A program made the translations under genes and the position numbers. This document shows, one piece after another, positions 22,995 through 33,953 of a stretch of 64,000 bases of DNA (its first letter is position 1; the number at the start of each line of letters is the position of its first letter). The notes beneath the pieces are model-generated. The model saw only the letters and a list, made by a program, of their open reading frames with translations. It was not told the origin of the DNA and did not search any database. Source of the stretch: Psilocybe cubensis (Eukaryota); contig CM039008.1 in NCBI GenBank assembly GCA_017499595.2, forward strand, positions 1,798,001-1,862,000, given 5' to 3'.

Positions 22995-25237
22995 TCATAT
23001 TGAAAGCGCTGTGGATGTAGACGAGAACGAGAGGGCGAAGAGGATAGACATCCCTGTCGAAAACCAGGAGGAGCTGAGTAGGCCGTATATACGAGCCGCG
23101 TTGCTGGCGCCGTTGGAGGCGTGCGACCCCCCTGTAGCAGTAGACTGCGCTATCCCATTCGAGTTTGTCGGTACGTGTTTTGCCGCTCCTGAGGGTGCGG
23201 ATTCCGTAATAGCTAGGGGTTCAAGCAAATGTCAGAGTTTGTATGACAAAAGGACACCGAGCACTCATACCAGGGAAATTGTCATCTGCTTTGGCGGCAG
23301 CTGCGACAGCGTCTCGTAGCCGCTGGTCTGCATCAGTTGGAACAGTGGAGAGGAATCCCATCTTGGGCGGGTCCTGACTGGGGTACGTCAAATTCCCATA
23401 GTAATACGCGGACAGAACACTAAATTTGAAACATCAGAACCACTGTCATTACTATTAAAAAATAAAACCTACCCTTTCAAAAACGGTGTCCCCAAACTCC
23501 ATCCAAACTGATATCCACCCACAGACGGAGCGTCTGTCGCAACTAAATTTGACGAGCACGTCTTCACGTTATTCTGGAATGCCTGAGAAACAAAGTCGCG
23601 AGGGTCGACAGGGAACATTTGTCCTCCAATCTTGAACGCAAGGGTGTGCGGGATAGAACATGGGAATAAACCATTGACGCCCAACTTTTTCTGAATTTGG
23701 TCGATAACATCTGCTGGACCGCGAATGAGCGAGTTACCCTAGTATTTCATGAGTACGCCGTGTCAGAAGATAGGAAAGACGAAAACAACATACCGTGTCT
23801 ATGAGTGCAGAAAGTTGGATGCTAGAGTCGGAGAGCGAAGAAAGAGGTAGAAGTTCGCCATCGAAAAAGACACCGTCAAGCATAACTTCCCAAGTGATAG
23901 GGTAAACCTAAACAATCTCAGATATGAGAAACATCGCCCGAAACCCAACAAACAATCGCCAACGTTTAAGAGTAAACAAAACTCACTTCCTCAGGAGCGT
24001 CTGGGGGCGCAGGCAACCCGCCCTCTGAAGACGTATACTCGCGCAGTGGCACCCAAGTCATATTCTCATTCTGCACCCCTTCAGGTAATTCCCCGATACT
24101 CAGCATCCCCACATTGCCGCCAATGTCAACCGTGTCCCGCTGCAACGTGACGCTGAACATCGGTCGCTCAAGTACGCTGTTCGCCACCAGCCGCGGCAGG
24201 AATGGCGCGATCGTCTTGTACGACGCAAACACGTTGTACATCCTGTTAGAAGTCGTCTGTCTGGGCGCGGTCTGGCGCGTCCCGTGACGAGCTGGGGCCT
24301 CGCCGAGCGTCGCTGGCAGACTGGGGAACTTTGGCATACGGAGATCGAATGAGGGGAAGGGTGAGCCCAGTTTGATGGTAGGATGGGTAGCGGGATAGAC
24401 TGGTTCGTCTTGTCGTTTCTGCTTGGACGATTTCTCTTCACTTCCCTCAGCGCCCGCTGTGAATAAATTATTCCATATTACACTACCCAAAAAGATAAGC
24501 AAAATGAAAACTTTCACAAAGCGACAACAAACGGACCTGTTGACGGGGAACCCCAGACCAAATATACCCGCTGAACCTGCTTGGGCGATGCTCGTATTCG
24601 TCCTGTTGATAGCAGCGAAAAACTGATTGTCCAGCGTTAAGCCGGCGAGGTCTACCGTGTCCTCGCCGATGACGCCTTGCGCGAAAGTTCCAGTGGTAGA
24701 ATCGCCGTACAGGAGCGCGACATCAACTCCGGCATACCTGAAACTTGACTGGGGGTATACACCAACGCCACCCGTGCAGCCTACAGAGCAAGCGTCCGAC
24801 ATAACCCATAGGTCTGATGAGCCAGTGTCTGCAGAAGTACCAAAGATAAGCAGCAAGACCACAAAACCATATGCGTATTTGCGCACCGAGAATAAGAGGT
24901 GTCGTGATGGCACCAATAGTTAGGAGGACAGAATACGTACTGTTTGGTAGATGCCAGTTAAACGCGCGCTGGACATTCAAAGCGCAAAGGCGTTGGACAC
25001 TCACACATCAATAAAGTCCCCTAATCCTATCGCAGCTGTCGCCCCGGCCCTCCGCTCCAAGCTTGGTGAACTTGTCCTCACAATTGGCAGATGCAAACCA
25101 TGTTCCGTTCGTCTCGTGTACCGTCTCGCAATCTCGTCAAGCGAAAGTTCGGAGCGGGGTGTTATCGCAGGATTCGGTCCCCCGGCCACATCCCGCAAGG
25201 CGAGTAGTATGCAGAAAGAAAATAACGCGTGCTTCAT
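22995..25237 (-). CDS. Secreted A1 (pepsin-like) aspartic protease with hydrophobic C-terminus (possibly GPI-anchored)
   Basis: Signal peptide MKHALFSFCILLAL. Catalytic motifs DTGSSDLW and ALIDT|GNSLIRGP. AGIFGLGF and WSLGTPFLK. Ser/Thr-rich, then hydrophobic, tail. Confidence 0.9.
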
Positions 25238-26963
25238 CGAATATTCTTCCGTAAAACCGTGTAGCAATAAAAAAAGAACGTATTTGTCTACCGAGTAGGG
25301 CAAGGTGTTGGAGGTGGCGCAGGAGTTGCCGTAGACCACGAAGATTTGCGTGTCAGTAAGTCGAAGGATGGTGCTAGCCCGCTAAACATGTAAAATTGCA
25401 GGCTCCAGCTGACTTGCTTCACTGGGCAAGGAAAAAAGAGAGAAGGGCCCTGTGCAGTAATGATGAGAGAAAAGAATTACGGATGACACATGCTAGACAC
25501 CAACCTGCTTTCCTCGCACCCGTCAAGGACAGTTTGCTTCTTCTTATATTACGCGATGGATGCCCAGGACGTCTCCTGTGTGTCGTCGGTATGTTCCCCC
25601 GCCAAGACCAACCTGTACATAACTCTTTTCTCGTGATCGTTGCCGATTTTGTGTTCACATGATAAAATAGGTGCGATTTTCACAGATATTGGGGCCACGT
25701 CAAAGGCGCACAAACTTGTGGGGCAGAGAATTTCCATAGTCAACGGAGAGGAGCATTTGAGAATGAAATGTACGCATATTTGAGACTCTGAACGTCTCCA
25801 ACGGAGATTGTAGGCGTCGCCGCACTCCTTGAGAACGTTGCGGTCAATTTTGTCATAGCCACGTGCTTTCTTCATAAAGTATCCCAATTTAGAAGATTTG
25901 GGATCAATTTATATTATTCTTTTCAGATTCAGCCTATTTGGGATTAAATACAGCCCAAATATTACGGTTTTATCCGGTCATGACAATGGGCACCGACTCT
26001 GCACTCGACGACGACGAAGCTTTATTAACTTGCTAATGAGGCAAAATGTCAAGAACAAATTTCAGCACCAACGCGTCTCAGAGATCATGATAATTTCCAC
26101 CTTAAAATGCCGTCATCGACTTCTGAATCCAGGGATTCGTTTGCTTCATTCCTCGTAGTCTTAGGCGCCCGCAAGTACTACGATGCTCCATTAAATCGAA
26201 GAAAGAATCAGTGTTGATACGTCATAATATGAGTGTGAATTTTTTATCCAGTAAGATTCTCCATGCTCTGTCCAAGAAATCTGAGGAGCATCATTACTTT
26301 ACGCCTAAAAAACTGAGTACTACATTGGCGAAATCACCCATTTTCTAATCGAATACCCTTTTTTCTTGAAGTATTAGATTACTACTACACGGCTCAGCAA
26401 GAAAATTGCATCATCTATACGGTAATACAGCTGTCCTGACGCAAGTTAAATACAATCGGACAATACATCGATACGGGCATCAGAAATCAAATTGCCATGT
26501 CTCTCTTTTACGACTGCAGGTGACTACGTAGCGTGTACAGTTATCCGCCTGAAAAATGATAGAACACTCTATACTACTCTTCTTCTTGATTCATTCTCAA
26601 TGACCCGAACAGCGGTATACAACGTGTTATCGCATGATATTGAGATAATTGTATCTAATTTCGATGGCACTAATGTCTAGGATACTTTCTGAACGACTTC
26701 CCGTCATTCGGGGTAATTCAACGTCCGGAGTTCACATCTAGAGTCAGTTGACCTCTGAATAAGTGAATCGGACTCGAAGGATAGCTTCCATACTAGATTC
26801 AATCCAAACGTCAAGCCACTCGGTTGGCTCCCAGCTTTTGTTCCCATAGATTTCAATCAATAACAAAATACCTGCAACGTTTGAAAAGTATAAAATAGAT
26901 CCCCACTGATGTGCTTATTCCCAGCAATAACCTGTTCAACGCCTTCAATTCCACTCGACCACT

Positions 26964-27424
26964 ATGTCTCAATTCGCAATCGAAGATTTAAACATGCTAT
27001 TCCATCCCACAGATCTTCGTACGGACGAACAGAAAGCCATCGGAACCGCATGTCGGACCTTCCAAGTTGCCCATTCGGACCTGCACTCGTCATCTTTGGC
27101 GGAGGTTTACTCGTAAGAGCATTGCATACTCCGTAAATATTTTGTACTAACTACCCATACCTCAGTGCGCCTGCCCCAAAAGGACAGAAAGGCAGAGTGT
27201 GGTGGCATTCTAACGATAACGACAAGATCGAGCATGTGACAGTAAGATACAACCGTCGCAAAGGCGGTGACCGCTGCCATGTTTATCGTGACGGGAGCGG
27301 GAATATGAATCCACACAAACCCAAGAAGACTGCATCTCGCGCAACATCCGGTCAAGAGGAAGAAGTCTATGACTCGGATTGCACTGTAGAATTATTGGAA
27401 GGAGAGGAGCCTAGTGAGGACTAG
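26964..27424 (+). CDS. Small hypothetical protein (2 exons)
   Basis: TATAAAA near 26889. ATG at 26964 stays open to a GTAAGA donor (~27113); branch site CTAAC and CAG acceptor (~27165). Continues APAPKGQKGRVWWH...EHVTVRY...CHVYRDG with an acidic tail. Confidence 0.6.
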
Positions 27425-27791
27425 TCAAGTAAGCCATCCCACAAGGACTTTAGCGAGAAGCTCATCACATTGCTTTAATTGTTTTCAGATACCACAGTGC
27501 AATTGTATATCGTTCGCCCTGGTCGATCTCTGAAGGGAATTTATACAGAGAAATCAGAGAAGCATAAATTGAAATCAAAAACTTGTAAAATGACATACCT
27601 TGACATGCACCTGCCACCTGTACAGTCTTCTACCAAGCACGTTGAGTTTCTAGTCATGTATAACTTTTTGACCAAAATTCCCTTGGAGTGTGGAAGTTAT
27701 GGGCGCCTAAAACGTCACGTGTAGTTTGACGAACAGTACCTCCAGTTGACAAGTCAAAGAGCCATGCATCGAACGCAAAATCATCAACGAT

Positions 27792-28655
27792 TTAAATATC
27801 AATGACAATCGCATCCCGTCGCTCTTCGTCCCTAAATCCCCCTAGAGATGCTGCATTTATCAAAGTTGATTTCGCCTTGTCTACTCTCCAAATTCCCCAG
27901 AGAAGAGCCAAAAATTCTCTCCAAGAGTATTGATTCGTCATTATCCTCTCGTACGCAGCCTGTGCATCGGACCAAGCGACGTGCTCAATACCCCGAGCAG
28001 TATGAATGTGCCCAAATACATGAAGGCGTGGTCGGACACTCCAAAGCTGTTTGAGAAGCGCCCCACACCCGTTGCCATGATCCGCATGATGAGCTGGTGG
28101 GCCATGGGTAATTAAAATGTCGGTATCAAGTGGTATTTTGTCCCAGTGTGCATCTTCAGGCTTAGTACGAGGGTATTGAAAGGGCCAAGAACCAAATTTC
28201 GGGGTCATGGGACTGCCATAAATCCTGACCGTGCGTGTATTAATGGTCAATGTAACCGATGATTCGGCCAAGTATACGAGGCCCGGGAAGTCTTCTAGAA
28301 GGTCGTGTAGATCTTTCTTGGGAACATTTAATCCCAGGTCATGGTTGCCCGCAATGAATATCTTGTGTGGATGTGGTTGGTCTGCCAGCCATTGTAAAGC
28401 TGAAATCATCTCTGTGCGAGTTCCAGATTGCGTGAGATCCCCAGCATGTATAAGAATGTCACCATCCGGTACTAAAGCCACCTCCCCATGATGATTATGG
28501 GTATCAGAGATAGCGACCACTTGAATTCGGGGTGTTGTTGGCGGTTCACAGTGGGTAACGCCAGCATAATAACCCCTTTTCGCTAAGAATACAACCGGAT
28601 TGCGTCTGAAATCCTCGAGATTTGTCGGGGGGCGGCGGTCAAATAAAGCGTCCAT
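27792..28655 (-). CDS. Calcineurin-like metallophosphoesterase (MPPED/239FB-like), intronless
   Basis: Motifs ISDTH, HAGDLT, IAGNHD, ITHGPP, HVFGHIH, NAA. Confidence 0.92.
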   Translation of the reverse strand: MDALFDRRPPTNLEDFRRNPVVFLAKRGYYAGVTHCEPPTTPRIQVVAISDTHNHHGEVALVPDGDILIHAGDLTQSGTRTEMISALQWLADQPHPHKIFIAGNHDLGLNVPKKDLHDLLEDFPGLVYLAESSVTLTINTRTVRIYGSPMTPKFGSWPFQYPRTKPEDAHWDKIPLDTDILITHGPPAHHADHGNGCGALLKQLWSVRPRLHVFGHIHTARGIEHVAWSDAQAAYERIMTNQYSWREFLALLWGIWRVDKAKSTLINAASLGGFRDEERRDAIVIDI

Positions 28656-29235
28656 GCATGGATATCAGAAAGAAGCGTTTACTACGGAAACAACTCCGGC
28701 GCTGGCAGACGCATTCAGTGAGTGGCTGTGCCCCGGATTGAACTTAGCCGAATTGCCATTTGACTTTGCGAATGCATCAGAATGCGTATTCCATCACACA
28801 GACTCCCCAGGCATTTTAATAAAAAAAAGCTTTCAAAAACAGCTCTACACTTATGATATTGCTCAACACACTCTTAGTTTCATATCTTACAAGTACACGT
28901 CACTTCGACGTTGTTTATTTCCCATCCCGGGATCATTTATGCGTATGGTACATGATTGCGTGATAGATGTATTATCGTGGCCAATAAGATGGGCTCGGTG
29001 AGGAGGGACTTATGGACATTGACTCTTACAGATCCAGAGGAACACATGTTTCCACAGTCAAGTCTTTGTAACCTTTCCACACTTACTGACAAAACGCTCA
29101 CGTGTAAGGCAATTGCAACCGATTAAGTCACGTTATCGCGCAGTATTTATCGCGAAATGTCCCTCGGTGGGATCTTATCTCTTTCCCCCTAACTACTCTT
29201 AAATCCCCACAAAACCGCATAAATTCAGACCTACG

Positions 29236-30013
29236 ATGGCTTCCGTCAAAGTTGGAGACACTATCCCTGAGGGAACTTTCCAATATGTTCCATACACCCC
29301 CGATCTTGAGAATGGTGTAAGTACAGATCTCATCTCTCATCACAACTCGGCTGATCTTTGGAGACTCTCAGCTCGCATGTGGAATTCGTATGCCTTCGAT
29401 ATGCTCTGAAACGCTTCTGAAAGCTAACATTACCACTCAGCTACCTCCCTCTCTACCAACGAGTGGAAGGGCAAGAAGGTCGTTCTTTTCTCTGTCCCCG
29501 GAGCCTTCACCGTGAGTATTTAGTCACTAAGTTGAGGCTGAAGGCTAACAACGAGGATAGCCCACATGCCATGTGAACCACCTGCCACCCTACCTCCAAA
29601 AATACGACGAATTCAAGGCTAAGGGCGTCGATGTTATCGCCGTCGTAGCTGCCAATGATCCCTTTGTGATGAGCGGATGGGGTCGCGTTGAAGGTCTCAA
29701 GGACAAGGCGAGTTCTCTCTAACACTACCTATTTCTCTCTGTATCTAATAAGACTCTAGATTCTCTCCCTTTCTGACGCCAATGCCCAATGGAACAGCAA
29801 GCTCGGTCTTACTCTTGATCTAACTGACAAGGGCTTTGGAATTCGCACCGCCCGATATGCTTTGATCATTGACGACCTGGTCATCAAGTACTTTGGTGTA
29901 AGCTTTCTTTTGTTATACTCCATCATTCACTTTTCTGACTGATACTTCTCAAGCCTGAGCCAGGTCCCGGTGTCACCGCTTCCGGTGCTGATGCTGTCCT
30001 CGCAGCTTTGTAA
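29236..30013 (+). CDS. Peroxiredoxin, Prx5/AHP1/PMP20 type (redoxin), 6 exons
   Basis: MASVKVGDTIP...|LACGI|P...KKVVLFSVPGAFT|PTCHVNHLP...ANDPFVMSGW...RTARYALIIDD...VLAAL*. Confidence 0.92.
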
Positions 30014-31105
30014 ACGCTTCTATCATTATTGCATCGTTAAATAAATAGAAATTATGTTGACCGTTGTAGATTATCAGAATTGAGGTCATATATGCACCTT
30101 TCTGTTCTGGTTTGCCATGGAAATTCCGAGAACAATGATTATGTACCCACACTTAGCGCATACATTCGCATGGGAGCGCCCCTTTTACTTCTTAACTACC
30201 ATCCTGGCAAGCAATTGGGTCGATTGTACCCTATTGTACCCATGGCACTGATGATAACTACATACATACAAATCTCAAAAGGGATGACTTGATGAAATAA
30301 TTCCGCTTCCGTTGAAAATAAATCTTGTCTTCATCTTGATCTCGGTAGCTACAACCCAAGAATCTCGCAAAGGAACCATCAGCTCCTCCATTTCTTGCGG
30401 GCAAAGAAATGGCGCATTGCACTTCATGCAATAGTTTGGCTAAAGTTAGCTGCATGTCTGGAAATTAGAACCTCGTAGCAGTGCCCATTGGATCCAAAAT
30501 CGCAATCCATTGCATTTCTGTCCACATTCAATAGTTTGGGAGTTGATGCCCGCCTCTGAAATCCTGGAACTGAATATCAATTCCAAATGTGAATATGGGG
30601 TTTGCTATCAGGTTGGTACGTCCCTTTGCGTGATGAAAGCTGACATTCCTGGGGTTGATTATAAAGTTAAGGTTGCACACCCCTATCAATACATGTAGTG
30701 CAAACACAAAATTGACATCGCGGGACTAGTACCAGAGTGCGTATTGTCAAAAACATTTCTATGCTTATCTATTTAGACGGGTTAGATGAAATCCTATTTG
30801 AGAGCAAGACACAGGTCGATATACCTGTTCGCATTCCTAGCTAAGTGGGCTCAAGAAGGCAACTTACCTGACGCATTAAAATAGAAAATGGTATAACATA
30901 AACACGGAAACCTTTAACTTTCCAAAGAAAGCAGGAGCTTTGAACGGACACCGAAACTGAAGTATTTCTGACAAATTTAAATGTGGCAAGATAGGCGTGT
31001 ACTCGTCTTCCAGAGCCGTATTTGAACATTTTAAGATTTCTTATCGCTTCCATGAGACTGTAGTTCTAATTCAAGGGTCAGTATGAGTCAACAACAAAGC
31101 ATATA

Positions 31106-33296
31106 TTAGCAATAGAGCCTTGTACCGGAAGTAAGGTGGTCACTGGTGTTGGACACCACCCGGTTTGTGTTTAAAGTTTCATTGCTTCTCCAAGGATTGT
31201 CTCCAACCTGGATTGCCTGTGGAATTATACCCCCTCTGCCAGTCAGGAGTGAGCGTGCAGTACGCAAGCGGGCATCATCAGCTGCTGGTTCCCCATCTTC
31301 ACCTTTCAATTTCAGCCGCCATGTCATTGACGCGTACGAAGTAGTATCTTTCTCAGAAACAAGCCCTGCAAATCTGGCTAGTTTTGCTTGACCTTCATCA
31401 AGAAGACTACGGAGTCGTATGCGATCAAGTATTTCAGGGTCCTGCAATAATCGTAAAGAATAAGTAACGGTCAAAAGAAAGCAGCTATAGTCATACGCAC
31501 CGCAGTAACGGCCCACTGCTCGAGTTCGCCCGTACGTCGCGCAACATCGCTTAACTGCCAAAGACGCTCGTCTCTCTCAGACGCCAACGTCGCCTCGACT
31601 TTCTGCCAGGCTTCGCGTTCCTCGGTCATCGCCTTCTGTAAGTTCGCCACCTTTTCACGCTGCTCAGTCATCGCCTTCTGTAAGTTCGCCACCGTTTCAC
31701 GCTCCTCGGTCATCGCCTTCTGTAAGTTCGCCACCGTTTCAGTCAAGAGTGCCTGTGAATTAAACCGTCAGAGGCAAGTCAAGAGGAAAGCCGATTGAAT
31801 GGGATCAATACCAAAGGATCAGAAGGAGTCGACGAGCCACCAACGGAGGCTGCGCCACTCTTCTGTGAATTGCCTTTCTTCCGCTGCGGTTTCTTTGGCT
31901 TTGTATCTGGGATGGATAAACAATTCGAAAAATCATTAATAACTCACAACCAGAGTGGAATGAAGGAGATACCTTCTTCCTGAAGTAACTCGGCCAAGGC
32001 AAGTTGACGTTGCAACTGAGTGACTTTTTCTTGCAGCATGGTATTCTCTTCGGTCAGTTGATTATTGGTTGTGACTTTTTGCTCGTAGTTCTTAACCAAG
32101 CGAAACATGGGGTGAGCGGAAGTGACGTTGACCATGCAAAGTCCCGTCTCGCCTGCAAAAATGGTGCTGAGGGAAGCATTCGCTGGAGCTGGCATTCCGA
32201 CAGAACTTGAAGTCGTGACTGGTTAATAAGTCAGCTTCTATGTGACGGTCACAATTTTGATCCCACCTGGTGCCGGCAGGTCGACCTGGCAGGGCCTGTT
32301 GTAACACTGTGCCCTACCGTACCATACAAGGGACACATACATCGAGTCGTATGGAGCGTATCAGCGGACCCGCTGTGCCCAAAGTAGTATTAGTTTCATC
32401 ATTGTCCACTTGTGAATTGTCTATATCACCCGACTCTGAAAACAAGTCCCCCAGACGTACACTGTTGTCCTCTGAGGCGGAAGCATCGTTGTAGAGCTGT
32501 AGGGCATTTGGTGGAGCCAATGAATCGGAGTCAACAAAAAGCTCGCCCAATGTGCTGTCCACATCCGAATTGTTTGCGGAATTACTTTCGCTTGAGAAGA
32601 GATCTCCAAGAACGCTATTGGAAGCTGACGGAGAGTTGTTGACCACCATGTGATCTGGAGAATCTATTATGAAGAGTTCGCCAAGAGCCGACTCATCGCT
32701 GTCGCCTCTGGGCGAGCATTCTGAACCAATAAAATAGTCCCCTAGTGCGCTGCTAGAGTCATAGTCTGAGTGATTTCCTGCTTCTTGTGTAATGTATTTG
32801 GCATGTCTTTGGTTGTAGCTGATAGTGTCTATTAGACAGACCCGATACATCAATGAAGTCCAAAACTTTGCTCAAAATGCATTTACGCACCCGACGCTTT
32901 CTTTTCGCTTGACTTTCCACGTCTAACAATAGTTGTGTTAACCCTCTGACCCACTAGTTTGCGGGACAAACTGGGTTCTGTTTCCAGACGTTCGGCATCT
33001 TCGTCGACTTCTGGCGAGTATTCGACATCTTTGTGCGATGTTGACGAACGGTCGGCGAATTGACTGTTGTTACGTGTACGTGTGTATCCAGCCATACTCT
33101 CTAATATGTTTACATGGTTGGCCGACTGATCCTGCTCAAGAAGTTTGACTTCGTGGCGATGGCGCGAACCATTGAACCGTGGTGTTGGAGAAACCGATGG
33201 GGTGTAACTCTGGTTGCTGTCTTTGTCGAAACACCAATCTTTCGGGCGATGTTTGGAATGATGGAAGTCCGGAGCGTCAAAAATAACAGGAGGCAT
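31106..33296 (-). CDS. Hypothetical multi-exon protein with acidic S-x-LG[DE]LF repeats and coiled coil; boundaries uncertain
   Basis: Series of minus-strand ORFs (32883-33362, 32314-32853, 31944-32195, 31471-31746, 31106-31561) separated by GT..AG intervals. No recognised domain. Confidence 0.45.
31621..31744 (-). repeat. 42-bp x3 tandem repeat encoding a two-heptad unit (ETVANLQKAMTEER)
   Basis: Units start at 31621, 31663 and 31705. Confidence 0.9.
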
Positions 33297-33953
33297 AGGA
33301 CCCAAAGAAGGAGGGGTTTCGTGCGGTAATGTTGTCGCAGCTTTGAAGCTGTGTGCAGCCACGACTTCAGCTTGGAGAGCTCTAGAAGACTAGAAAAAGG
33401 TTTTAGGATACCACATTCTACAGTTGGATCTCTGAAGAAAGGATTCAAGGCAGTGTAGAATCAGTTACTAGAAGCGAACATTAAACAAAGTAAGGACCTG
33501 TTTGTTGAACTTTGAAGTGTACTAGTGAATAATCAACATACTAGATCTTAATCAAAAGAGCACTGAAACATTGCATTGAAATAAAAGAAATTGGACGAGA
33601 GCTTAGGATTCTTGAGTCAACCTTTGATGATGATGTCAAGGCAAACTTTTCAGAAAACACCTCAAAACTAAAAAAAAAAAAAAGAGAAAAAAAAGATTAA
33701 AAACACCTCAAGAAGATTTGAAAAAAACTGAGTTCTCACCCGTCCGACAAGCGCCGGGTAGATTACATAATTAGCAATGTGACATAATGTGACGCGTGAC
33801 TCTTGGAGGAACCACATCTGTTTTTAGTAAACGCATCATAGACAGCAAAGACCATCTCCCAAAGTCAGCGCTCATCCGCAGCGACGTCTGCGCTTTCGAC
33901 CTTCTATAAAACCCCTGGGACGGGGAACTCTACCACGAAGAGCTCTCTACGCA

